The position numbers were made by a program, and so were the translations under genes. From a virus (Duplodnaviria > Caudoviricetes): a stretch of DNA of 62,818 nt. Location of the stretch: IMG/VR virus record IMGVR_UViG_3300029319_007025, positions 1 through 62,818 of that record; one strand, 5' to 3'. Below, one piece after another: positions 47,787 through 57,068 of the stretch. Under the pieces are notes generated by a model that was not told the origin of the DNA, ran no database searches, and worked only from the letters and a program-made list of their open reading frames with translations. Each line of letters starts with the position of its first letter. The stretch's first letter is position 1.

Positions 47787-49046
47787 ATGAGCAACAAGAA
47801 TCAAATGTATCAAGACCTCGTGGAGGTCGTGAAGGTATGCACGTATACGCCAGGAGAAGGGGGTGTGGCAGGTTTCCCTCTGTTGTTATTGGGACAGCCA
47901 GGCGCAGGTAAGACAACGCTGATGGACATCATCTGCGACGAGCTAGGGCGGCACTTTGTGCCATGGCATCTTTCATTGAAAGACAGAGAAGACATATTTA
48001 TGAAAGCCCCGGTCAAGGGCAAGTTGCGTCTTCATTTAGACGAAGAGATTCACAATTTATTAGAGCGGAAGCATGTGACATTATTTCTTGACGAAGTAAC
48101 AGAGTGTGACGGTTCGCAACAGAAGATAGCAATGCGTATGCTGCAAGAACGCTTTGTTGGAAATGTTGCGCTGCCTGAGTGTATGAATATCATCTTAGCA
48201 GGCAATCCTCCTGGACAAGCAACGGCAGGGCAACGTTTAGCAAAGCCGGTTGTGGATCGCATGATAAAGCTGAACGTGGACGAGCTTTGGCCGAGCGAGG
48301 ATTATGCAGACGATTGGTGTTCAGAGTATGAAGCAAATGGTTTTGATTATGACGCCGCAGCGGTCACGCCATTGGACGCAGATAAAGAATGGGAACGTGT
48401 CTATGCTGAATGGGACAAGGTATTCAAAGAAGAACGTCTCAAGGTCGGAGCGTTCATTCGTGCGAACAAAACAAAGCTACATCCAATAGACACGAAGAAT
48501 TTCAACCCGCGAAGTTTAGACGATTGGTCGTTTCCAACAAGACGAAGCAATGCAAGGTTAGGACGTTTGCTTGCAGGTTGCAGGATTCACAAGGTCAGCG
48601 AACGATTGAGAAACGCGCTTATCATAGGCACGGTCGGCATTGATTATGCGGAAACGTTCTTTCAGTTTGAACGCAACCTTGGAATGCTTCCTAACTTCGA
48701 AGATTTGTTAGACGGCAAAGTACAATATCAGCACGACAGTTTACGCCCTGACATTGCAATGATTCTTGCTCGGTATTGCACATCATTGGTGACAGAAAAA
48801 ATGGCATTGAAAAAAGCCCTCAGCAAAAGCGCAGATGATTCTGAGGTATGGGAAGGGCGTGTGGTTCGTCTGTGGAAGATTTTAGAATCAATCATTGATG
48901 AAGATCCAATGAGCGTTGATCTGTTAGAAGCGTGTGTCAATACATTGATTGAGGCTGGCCTATCAAGTCGCAAGCCAGCTTTCACAATGGCAGCAAGAAA
49001 GGTATGCGTCAAAGTGTGCCCGCTTGTTGTAAATGCAAATTACTAA
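47787..49046 (+). CDS. MoxR/dynein-related AAA+ ATPase
   Basis: GQPGAGKT, LFLDE, AGNPP, DR finger, PTRRS. Confidence 0.88.
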   Translation: MSNKNQMYQDLVEVVKVCTYTPGEGGVAGFPLLLLGQPGAGKTTLMDIICDELGRHFVPWHLSLKDREDIFMKAPVKGKLRLHLDEEIHNLLERKHVTLFLDEVTECDGSQQKIAMRMLQERFVGNVALPECMNIILAGNPPGQATAGQRLAKPVVDRMIKLNVDELWPSEDYADDWCSEYEANGFDYDAAAVTPLDADKEWERVYAEWDKVFKEERLKVGAFIRANKTKLHPIDTKNFNPRSLDDWSFPTRRSNARLGRLLAGCRIHKVSERLRNALIIGTVGIDYAETFFQFERNLGMLPNFEDLLDGKVQYQHDSLRPDIAMILARYCTSLVTEKMALKKALSKSADDSEVWEGRVVRLWKILESIIDEDPMSVDLLEACVNTLIEAGLSSRKPAFTMAARKVCVKVCPLVVNANY

Positions 49047-49057
49047 GGAGGCGAGCA

Positions 49058-50494
49058 ATGAATGACGATAAGACAAAAGACGTACACATACGTCTTGCCA
49101 TAGCGCGAAGAACAAATTGCCAACTCTTTGAAATGTTGTCAGATGTATTCCGTTCGCTTGTTCCGCTTGAGGATAACAAGTGCGAGACAATGGGTGTGAC
49201 ATATCGGAACGCATTGCATTACAATAGAGGCTTTGTGCAAGAGTGTAGTGATGGCGAATTGTTTTGGGTGTTTCTTCATGAAGCAATGCACATATTTCTA
49301 CAGCATCCAAAGCGCTTTGCAAAAGCGATTGGCATGGGACGCTATCCTTTGAGCGAGGTTTATAAACGTGTAGAAAAAAGCCCTGCGTTACAATACAAAG
49401 CACGGTTGTGGAATTGGGCAGCAGATCTTGCGGCGAATCAAAAGATAGAACAGATGTTCAATCATATGAGGATGAGGTATTACGCAATGCCAAGGTCGCC
49501 GCAGTACAAAGTCAGCCAAATGATAGAGCCAATGCCGGGCGGTTATTTGATGCCAAAGTTGTTCGGCTTTGCAAGCGGACAGACGACGGAGGTGTACTTC
49601 AAATGGTTCCTAAAGCGTCAGCAAAAAAAGCAAGACATTGTATCGGGACAGACACGCGGCAATGAGAACGAGTCGCAATCATTGAGCGAGCTTGAGGAAT
49701 TACAAGACAAGATGGACAAGATGCCTGGACGTGGTTCGTCAGGAAGTTCGGCAGGAGGCATACGAGCAGAGTGGGAAAAGAATAGTGATAAACAGGAGGC
49801 AGGTTTAGATGAGACACACATTGAGCAGGTGCTCAAACAAACAGCGAAGAAGATAAAAATGTATGAGCAGGTTCATGGCGCAGGAAGTGTGCCTGGGTTT
49901 TTGTCGGAAGCATCTGATGAATTGCTCGCGCCGCCGATTGTACATTGGACAACGCAGCTACAGAACAATCTTGAAAGCACAGTCAAATGGAAACGCGGTA
50001 ATACTCATTCGCATTATGGCAAGGCGAATCGTAGGCAAATGAGTATTGGCGGTTTCAAAGATTCGATTCCTATCTTGCCAAGCAAGAGGGCTGGTGTTCC
50101 AATCATCGCTTTGGTGGGAGACACAAGCGCAAGTATGAGCAGAGCCGAATTACAGGACATCATGGCGACAGCACAAGGCGTGGTCAAAGCGACAGGGGCT
50201 GAGTTGATCTTTTGTGCATGTGATACAAAGGTCAACGAATTGAAATTGCTGAACGATTGGACGGAGGCAGCGGGTTTGATGACAGGACGTGGAGGCACGG
50301 ATTTTCGCCCAGCGTTTGTCGCTTTAGAAAAACATGATCCACAACCTGATGTGGTCATATTTGTCACGGATGGCTTTGGGCCCGCGCCACATGAGCAGCC
50401 GGAATGGTGTAACGAGGTCATCTGGGTTCTTGTTGAAACATCAGCCAAGCCAACGGAGTGGGGTGAGTATGTTTACATCGAGGAGTTGAAGTAA
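49058..50494 (+). CDS. Metallopeptidase-like plus vWA protein (DUF2201-like)
   Basis: LHEAMH, WNWAADLAAN, DTSASM MIDAS, GRGGTDF, VTDG. Confidence 0.9.
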   Translation: MNDDKTKDVHIRLAIARRTNCQLFEMLSDVFRSLVPLEDNKCETMGVTYRNALHYNRGFVQECSDGELFWVFLHEAMHIFLQHPKRFAKAIGMGRYPLSEVYKRVEKSPALQYKARLWNWAADLAANQKIEQMFNHMRMRYYAMPRSPQYKVSQMIEPMPGGYLMPKLFGFASGQTTEVYFKWFLKRQQKKQDIVSGQTRGNENESQSLSELEELQDKMDKMPGRGSSGSSAGGIRAEWEKNSDKQEAGLDETHIEQVLKQTAKKIKMYEQVHGAGSVPGFLSEASDELLAPPIVHWTTQLQNNLESTVKWKRGNTHSHYGKANRRQMSIGGFKDSIPILPSKRAGVPIIALVGDTSASMSRAELQDIMATAQGVVKATGAELIFCACDTKVNELKLLNDWTEAAGLMTGRGGTDFRPAFVALEKHDPQPDVVIFVTDGFGPAPHEQPEWCNEVIWVLVETSAKPTEWGEYVYIEELK

Positions 50495-50994
50495 TGCAAA
50501 TATTCATCATTGACAAAGATCCGGTTCAAGCAGCGCGGGTTCAATGCGATAAGCACGTAGTCAAGATGCCGCTTGAGTGTGCTCAAATGCTCTGTACGGC
50601 ATTGCATCAATACGACGTTGCAGACATTCCGTATAAGACAAGCCACGCAAGACATCCATGTACGCTTTGGGTGACAGGTTCGCGTAGCAATTTCTTTTGG
50701 TTGGTCGTACATGGTTTGGTGCTGTGTTCAGAGTATACGATACGATACAAACGTCTGCACAAGTCACAAGAAGTCATTGAGTGGTGTATGAGCAAAGCAC
50801 ATCATATTCCTGAAGGCGCATTAACAGAGCCGCCACAAGCTGTGCCTGATGAATTCAAGCGAGACAATGTGATAACGGCGTACCGTGCTTATTATCATTC
50901 AAAAGTTTCATTCGCCAAATGGAAACGAAACAAGCCAACGTGGTGGCAAGGAGAAAGCTATGAAGAAGAAACCAACGGTCAAGAATTTTCCTAA
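50494..50994 (+). CDS. denV: Pyrimidine-dimer DNA glycosylase (endonuclease V family)
   Basis: CDKHVVKMPLECAQML, HPCTLW, EYTIRY, AYRAYY. Confidence 0.85.
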   Translation: MQIFIIDKDPVQAARVQCDKHVVKMPLECAQMLCTALHQYDVADIPYKTSHARHPCTLWVTGSRSNFFWLVVHGLVLCSEYTIRYKRLHKSQEVIEWCMSKAHHIPEGALTEPPQAVPDEFKRDNVITAYRAYYHSKVSFAKWKRNKPTWWQGESYEEETNGQEFS

Positions 50995-51271
50995 CGTAAG
51001 GAACGCACAGCCGTGGGGTGTATGGTTCACACATGCTTACGGACGACCTGCCGCAAGATGCAATTTATGTGGCAAGCAGTTTGGCAAAAATGATGAAGTC
51101 ATTGCCACAGCAGAATCAACCCAAACAAGCATAGGCATTCGGTCGGGATTATTTTTCCCGCCTGTATTACATCGGAAGTGTGCTTGGCACATATTCTACA
51201 ACCCATTATTTGAAAGCTACCACGAGGTAGACGAAAAAAGGAGAAGCAGTCATGGAAAAGACGAAGAGTAA
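50960..51271 (+). CDS. Zinc-finger-like hypothetical protein
   Basis: CNLC...HRKC; AAGGAGAAAGCT-ATG. Confidence 0.6.
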   Translation: MKKKPTVKNFPNVRNAQPWGVWFTHAYGRPAARCNLCGKQFGKNDEVIATAESTQTSIGIRSGLFFPPVLHRKCAWHIFYNPLFESYHEVDEKRRSSHGKDEE

Positions 51272-52307
51272 ACAATTTCAAAAAGAAAGGTTCGCTGAAA
51301 TCAAACAAGCAATCGCTTCCGAAGATTTGGAGCTTGCGGAATATTTGATTGAAGACGAGCACACATGTGAGTCGCTTCAAACAAAAGCACGTGGTGCGCT
51401 CGATAAAAAGAAAACGGAAATTGCAAAGCGGCAAAAAGCAACGCGGTTCAAGGATAACAAATTCGTCGCCGTTGACAGTGATGAGGGTGATGGCGCTATC
51501 GTATTTTGGAAAGGCGCAAGCCATACGGATAGACAGTCGGTCGCTGATGCATTGGCAAAACATTTGCCAGACATTGATGTTGATACGTACATTCCGAAAG
51601 AGGCAACGCCTGTCCATAGATTACGCTCTGCGATTGTTACGCTGCCAAAACGAAAGTACAACAAGCACAGCCTTGGTCAAGGCAAATGGGCAATCAGCGA
51701 ATGGGAAGTAACAAATTCTAATACCGTTGGTATTTCATATGATCCACAACTCAAAGCAACGATTGAGTCAGGCGAGCTAAGGTTCAGCGATTCAAATCAT
51801 CCATTGGTTCCCGTAGTCAAAGAGGTATTTGAGCAACAAGAAGGGCTTATACTTGGCGACTCGATACGCGACAACATTCGGAACTTTATTGAAAGAGAAT
51901 GCAACGCTGTTCCCATGGCGTGTATTGGTGGCGCACATTATGTGCCCGAAGCAAGTTTGGATTTGTGGCGTTCATTTGCAGAGGCAATGGTTGAGGTCAT
52001 GCCTGCTACGCTTGTGCGTGAGATAACGGTCTGCAAATCCGAGCGAACGGTTGAAGCCATTGCTAACAGCTTTATTGATGAAGCTACGAGTTGCATAGAC
52101 AAAGCAAGCAAGCAAATGGACGAAGGTCGTGGCAAGAGAGCAATGTCAAATAGAGATAAGGATCTTCATTCGTGTTTGGAAAAGCTGCAAGGCATCAAAA
52201 GCTACCTTGGCGTTAGTTTAGAAAAAATAGAAAGCAAGTTGCAAGCAACACAGGTTGCGGTTGTAACAGCAGCAGCGCAGCGAGGTAACAAAAGTGAGAA
52301 CGTATAA
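51252..52307 (+). CDS. Conserved phage protein (DUF6744/DUF3150-like)
   Basis: IVFW and GGAHYVP motifs with helical C-terminus; neighbour of the AAA/vWA pair; family recalled, not searched. Confidence 0.5.
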   Translation: MEKTKSKQFQKERFAEIKQAIASEDLELAEYLIEDEHTCESLQTKARGALDKKKTEIAKRQKATRFKDNKFVAVDSDEGDGAIVFWKGASHTDRQSVADALAKHLPDIDVDTYIPKEATPVHRLRSAIVTLPKRKYNKHSLGQGKWAISEWEVTNSNTVGISYDPQLKATIESGELRFSDSNHPLVPVVKEVFEQQEGLILGDSIRDNIRNFIERECNAVPMACIGGAHYVPEASLDLWRSFAEAMVEVMPATLVREITVCKSERTVEAIANSFIDEATSCIDKASKQMDEGRGKRAMSNRDKDLHSCLEKLQGIKSYLGVSLEKIESKLQATQVAVVTAAAQRGNKSENV

Positions 52308-52983
52308 ATATGGCAAGCGTGGTAATGGCAAGACATGTTCGGAATGTGGCACTTGGGTTTTCAATCATAATGCTCTGAAGCATTTTAGTTCGGGTAATTG
52401 TAAGGCGCACCAAGCGCGTGATCTCATGGCTCAACAAGGCGTTGATGCTTTGGTCAGCAAACGTTATGCGTCTGTCTTTGAGCAATGCGGTGTTAGCTAT
52501 CAAGAGTGCATTGAACCAGTCGGACAATACAAGACGCGGCTAGCGATTCGTGCCCGGAAAGAATATGTATTTATGACACAATACTGGAAAGGCGCAGCTT
52601 TGAAACGTTTGCTAAAGGCGTTTACACACGATGAGCTAGTCAGACAACAAGGTCAGGTCATTTGGAATGTGTGCCAGGATTCGTTCCGTGAGTATTGTCA
52701 AACACTCGTAAATGAGCGGGACAAAAGCAAGCTGCTATCGTCAAGTGAATTGTATGACAGAACAAAGAACATGAGAGATCTTTTTGTCGAGCATCTACAA
52801 GCAATGCGGATTGATATAATTGAGGACTCACAAGCAAGACACAACAGCGAAACAGATAAAGGGACGTACATAATTGTCCATACTGAAACATACTTTGCTT
52901 TGCTAAAAGCTATTCGTGCGGTCTCACGTGAAATTGATAAGAGGACAAAGACAAGTGACTTCATCAAAGAAACGGTCGGCTGA
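52294..52983 (+). CDS. Hypothetical protein with N-terminal CxxC-H-C motif
   Basis: CSEC...H...C; overlaps neighbours in operon. Confidence 0.55.
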   Translation: MRTYKYGKRGNGKTCSECGTWVFNHNALKHFSSGNCKAHQARDLMAQQGVDALVSKRYASVFEQCGVSYQECIEPVGQYKTRLAIRARKEYVFMTQYWKGAALKRLLKAFTHDELVRQQGQVIWNVCQDSFREYCQTLVNERDKSKLLSSSELYDRTKNMRDLFVEHLQAMRIDIIEDSQARHNSETDKGTYIIVHTETYFALLKAIRAVSREIDKRTKTSDFIKETVG

Positions 52984-53587
52984 TTTAAGCATCAAGCAAA
53001 TTGATAAACTTGTGAGTCGAGCAACGCGAGTCATGTACAAAAAGTTTCCATACAGCGATGCCGCTGAATTGAAACAAGAAGGATGGATCGGTGTGCTCAC
53101 GGCAAACAATTACAGCGAAAGCAAAGGAGACATGAAACGTTACTTTTATGGCGCGGCAATCAATCAAATGAAAAACTTTATCACCAAAAGCCGCAGCCAG
53201 GTGTCTGGATGTTATTATGGTGCGCTTCAAAGATTCGATGACTTCGAGTATTTGAATCTCGATTCTTCGTTTGACGTTGCAGAGCAAGAAAAGCAACTTT
53301 TATTACTGCTTGATAAGGAGAGGCGAAAAGCGATAAGGCATGATCTTGAACATTTGTTTGCTGATGATACAGAGCGGGTAATTCAATTAGTTACAAAAGA
53401 AGTATCTGCAAGTTGCATTGCAAAGCAAAAATGTGTGTCAGTCAATAACATGTATAAGCAAGCAAAAAGATGGCGACGTGATATTGCCGCGTCTGTGGCT
53501 TTGTTCAATCATTGGCGTGAGCGTACACCATGTGCTGTTTCACATGCCATGCCCGTACGCCGTCAGACGAGCGACGTTCATTTCTGA
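52955..53587 (+). CDS. Sigma-70-like factor (region 2 and region 4-like)
   Basis: ELKQEGWIGVL...Y...YFYGAAINQM region-2 pattern; IAKQKCVS HTH-like segment; GTG start inferred. Confidence 0.6.
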   Translation: MTSSKKRSADLSIKQIDKLVSRATRVMYKKFPYSDAAELKQEGWIGVLTANNYSESKGDMKRYFYGAAINQMKNFITKSRSQVSGCYYGALQRFDDFEYLNLDSSFDVAEQEKQLLLLLDKERRKAIRHDLEHLFADDTERVIQLVTKEVSASCIAKQKCVSVNNMYKQAKRWRRDIAASVALFNHWRERTPCAVSHAMPVRRQTSDVHF

Positions 53588-53608
53588 TAAAGAGGTACGT
53601 CCTCATAT

Positions 53609-53624
53609 CGTTCCACGTGAAACG
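53609..53624. promoter_or_regulatory. parS-like palindrome CGTTCCACGTGAAACG
   Basis: Inner 14 nt match the consensus TGTTNCACGTGAAACA; intergenic. Confidence 0.6.
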
Positions 53625-53671
53625 TTGAGCAGGAGCGCGTTGAGAGCGGCACATGACATAAGGAGAGAGGT

Positions 53672-55069
53672 ATGAAGTTTGAAGTAACGGTTGGTAACGT
53701 GAGAACACAGATCACACGCTATGAACATTTTGACGACCTCGATTGGTTTGAAGATTTTCTTTCCGTTGAGGATGAAGCAAGCAAGTTTGTACAGGTAGCG
53801 GGACGTGTAAAGCATATTGGCAAAGGCAAACCAATACGCTTGTTCTGTTATAACACACAGAGCTTTCCAACGGGGTTGCTACGTCATGTGCTACGACATG
53901 CGAAGTCCGATGGTATTGAGATAGACATGATTGATAAGCGAGAGCGTCTTATCACAACACAACACACGCTTGACTGGCTTCGTCCTATGCAAAAGAAAGC
54001 GGTTGAGATCGCTGTGCGTAAAATGAATGGCATACTTTGGATGCCAACAGGTTCAGGCAAGACAGAGGTTGCGATTGCGATTAGCGAAAAGCTCCAAGGC
54101 AAGTGGCTATTCTTGGTGCATAAAAAGGACTTGCTTCATCAAACAGCAGAGAGGTACGAGCGAAGAACAAATAAGCAAGCGAGCAAAATTGGTGATGGTG
54201 TGTTTGATGTTTCTCAAAACTTTGTTGTGGCGACATTTCAAACACTCTCTGCGCGGATAAAGAAACGAGATGAAGACGCATTAGCATTGCTTCGCTCGAT
54301 TGACGGAATCATGGTTGATGAATGTCATACCCTTCCCGCAAATTCATTCTGGGCGATTGCTATGAATTGTCAAAGCGCGTACCGCTTTGGGTTGAGTGGG
54401 ACACCCCTTGCACGTTCAGACAAGAAAAGCATTTATGCTATTAGCGCGTTAGGAAGCATCATATATCGAATAAGGCCACAGCAACTTATTGAGGCAGGGT
54501 TGCTTGCTCAACCAATCATTCATATGCCGCAGGTGTTCCAAGAATGTAAGCGACCAACATGGCAAGGCGTTTATGGAGAGATGATTGTCAAGTCAACGAA
54601 GCGGAACAAATTGATAGTTGAGCTAGCGCGTAAAGCAGAGAAGCCGTGCCTCGTATTTGTAAAGCAAGTCAATCATGGCAAAGCATTGGAAAAACGTTTG
54701 AACAAAGCAGGTATACCAAGCGAATTCATATGGGGTGACAAGAACACGCCAGCAAGGCAATCAGCAACGCGGCGACTTGTACATGGCGACACGGATGTGC
54801 TTATCGCGAGCAACATATTCCAAGAAGGTGTAGACATACCTGAGCTGCGCTCGCTCATAATCGCAACAGCAGGCAAGTCAGCAATCGCTGCCATCCAACG
54901 TATCGGACGAGGTATGCGACTTGATAAAGGCAAAACGGTTTTCCATGTTTGGGACATTTATGATGAAGGTAACCGCATTGCCGAAAAGTGGTCGAAGTCA
55001 CGCCACCGCATTTACGAGCGAGAAGGGTACGAAGTTGTGCTTGAACCATATTCATTATTTGAGAAATGA
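53672..55069 (+). CDS. Superfamily 2 helicase (UvsW/XPB-like)
   Basis: PTGSGKT, DECH, SGT, EGVDIP, QRIGRGMR. Confidence 0.93.
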   Translation: MKFEVTVGNVRTQITRYEHFDDLDWFEDFLSVEDEASKFVQVAGRVKHIGKGKPIRLFCYNTQSFPTGLLRHVLRHAKSDGIEIDMIDKRERLITTQHTLDWLRPMQKKAVEIAVRKMNGILWMPTGSGKTEVAIAISEKLQGKWLFLVHKKDLLHQTAERYERRTNKQASKIGDGVFDVSQNFVVATFQTLSARIKKRDEDALALLRSIDGIMVDECHTLPANSFWAIAMNCQSAYRFGLSGTPLARSDKKSIYAISALGSIIYRIRPQQLIEAGLLAQPIIHMPQVFQECKRPTWQGVYGEMIVKSTKRNKLIVELARKAEKPCLVFVKQVNHGKALEKRLNKAGIPSEFIWGDKNTPARQSATRRLVHGDTDVLIASNIFQEGVDIPELRSLIIATAGKSAIAAIQRIGRGMRLDKGKTVFHVWDIYDEGNRIAEKWSKSRHRIYEREGYEVVLEPYSLFEK

Positions 55070-55197
55070 CTTTTTCAAAACATGAAATGCTTATTGCAAG
55101 ACAACTTGCAAGCGTACAATACGCTCGCCGCTCCGTCGTATACGTCGCCACCTGCGCCGTCTTTTGATACGTGCGCTCATACATATAGGCACCCAGG

Positions 55198-55385
55198 CGT
55201 CCACATACGTATACATACCCAATATTTCGACTTTTGCTTTGTTCAAAAAAAGCACTTTTTTCAATAAAAATACATGGTATGAAAAAAACCTAATGATTTC
55301 ATAGGTTTACAAACCAAGAAAAAAGCGCTTTGAGCTAGACACTTTAGAGGGTATCACCTAATATAAACACATCAAACGAACACAA
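55198..55385 (+). promoter_or_regulatory. Early control region, copy B (TAGACA-17-TAATAT promoter)
   Basis: -35 at 55336-55341, -10 at 55359-55364; duplicate of copy A. Confidence 0.75.
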
Positions 55386-55404
55386 CGTTAGAGGGAGAAA
55401 GCAA

Positions 55405-55737
55405 ATGAACAACACAAACAACATTCAAACATTCAACATTTTACGAAACAAAGACGCCGCAGTTGTTGCAGTCGCGAAAGTAATCAAGAAATTGCGATAC
55501 AACATCCAGAAAAGATTCTTCATTGTTGACTGTGTTGAATTATTCGAGGACGAAGTTCAAGGTCTTGAGAACATGTTCTTCGACGCATACGGAAGCCCAT
55601 GTGACAAGCTGTGCATGGAAATGGGTCATTTGATTGACATGGTTTGCGAAGGCGAGTGGACGGTTGAAGAGGGAGTTGATTCGCTTGAGCAAACATTGGC
55701 AGGGATGGTTTTGTCAAAAGAATCAATCCTTGGATAG
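55405..55737 (+). CDS. Early hypothetical protein
   Basis: GGGAGAAAGC RBS; starts MNNTNN like 45378. Confidence 0.7.
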   Translation: MNNTNNIQTFNILRNKDAAVVAVAKVIKKLRYNIQKRFFIVDCVELFEDEVQGLENMFFDAYGSPCDKLCMEMGHLIDMVCEGEWTVEEGVDSLEQTLAGMVLSKESILG

Positions 55738-55763
55738 ACACAGGGTAAACGCTAACATATAAA
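55735..55763 (+). promoter_or_regulatory. Repeated early promoter
   Basis: TAGACACAGGGTAAACGCTAACATATAAA. Confidence 0.8.
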
Positions 55764-55783
55764 CAAGGTAAGGAGAAAGCAAA

Positions 55784-57016
55784 ATGGACAACCTAATTTC
55801 ATTCGATAACGAAGTCAACGCAATCAAAAAAGTAATCAGCAAAAAAGGGTCATTGGATCGCCGCGTGGCATATCTTCGTGGCGTCGCGGACATGCTCATG
55901 CGGGCATACGATGTCGAGAATCTTGATACAAACTGCAAAGCGTTCCGCGGCAGCATTACATTCTGGCTTGATGAGCACAGACGCGGCAAGTTAGACGGCA
56001 AGGCAAGCAAATGGTCAACGCAGCGTGGCAAGCAACGTCTTATCAAAAAAGTCATGCTTGAGATCGAATACTACGAGCACAGACGCGACAACGCCAAAAA
56101 AGACGAAGGCGAAAGCATTACAGTACAGGTCAACACAACAGCAAGCGCAGACGTCGAAGAATTGAAAGCGCAGTTGGCAGCGTTACAAGCGCAGGTCAAC
56201 ACAATGGGAGCACGTGAGCCGCGTTCCATCGTTATTACGACGCCAGAGGGCAACGAGCACAAAGTAGACGGTGCTCATCATATGATGGAAAAAGTTCTGC
56301 GAGCCATACAAGCAGGCTTCAAGAATATCATGCTCGTGGGGCCAGCAGGCACAGGCAAGACGACGCTTGCGAAGCAGGTGGCGAGCGCATTAGGACGCGA
56401 CTTCGGATTCCTTTCATTGTCGGGCGGTATCACGGAATCGCATTTATTGGGACGCTGTGTGCCATCATTGAAGGACGGGACGCCAAAGTTCTATCCCGCG
56501 GAATTCGTTCGAACGTACGAGCAAGGCGGCGTGTTCCTGTTAGACGAGGTTGATGGCGCAGATCCAAACGTCATGGTTGCATGTAACGCGGCATTGGCAA
56601 ATGGAATGCTCAAGAATCCGATCTCAGACACAACACATGAGCGACATGAGGACACGGTGCTCATATGTGCAGCAAACACGTTCGGACGTGGTGCGTCAGC
56701 GCAATACGTAGGACGCAATCCATTGGACGCGGCAACATTGGATCGCTTCATCGGTGCAACGTTTGAAGTTGGATATGATGCATCAATAGAAGAAAGCATT
56801 GCATCTCAGGCAGGCGACGTTGGGATCTCATTCATGCGCTGGGTACAAGCGGTGCGAAGCGAAGTGGAAGCATGTCGTATGCGTCGAGTCATTGGCACAC
56901 GAATGATAGAGGCAGGCGTCAAGTGGCTGAGCATCGGCGAGTCATTGAGCGACGTGAAAGAGAAGATGCTTGTTGGTTGGAGCGAGGACGAAAAAAGAAA
57001 GATAGCGCACATATAG
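55784..57016 (+). CDS. CobS/CbbQ-like AAA+ ATPase
   Basis: GPAGTGKT, LLDEVD, AANTFGRG, YVGRNPLDAATLDRF. Confidence 0.9.
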   Translation: MDNLISFDNEVNAIKKVISKKGSLDRRVAYLRGVADMLMRAYDVENLDTNCKAFRGSITFWLDEHRRGKLDGKASKWSTQRGKQRLIKKVMLEIEYYEHRRDNAKKDEGESITVQVNTTASADVEELKAQLAALQAQVNTMGAREPRSIVITTPEGNEHKVDGAHHMMEKVLRAIQAGFKNIMLVGPAGTGKTTLAKQVASALGRDFGFLSLSGGITESHLLGRCVPSLKDGTPKFYPAEFVRTYEQGGVFLLDEVDGADPNVMVACNAALANGMLKNPISDTTHERHEDTVLICAANTFGRGASAQYVGRNPLDAATLDRFIGATFEVGYDASIEESIASQAGDVGISFMRWVQAVRSEVEACRMRRVIGTRMIEAGVKWLSIGESLSDVKEKMLVGWSEDEKRKIAHI

Positions 57017-57018
57017 GT

Positions 57019-57047
57019 TAGACACAGGGTAAACGCTAGTATATAAA
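57019..57047 (+). promoter_or_regulatory. Repeated early promoter
   Basis: TAGACACAGGGTAAACGCTAGTATATAAA. Confidence 0.8.
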
Positions 57048-57068
57048 CAACACATAAGGAGAAAGCAA

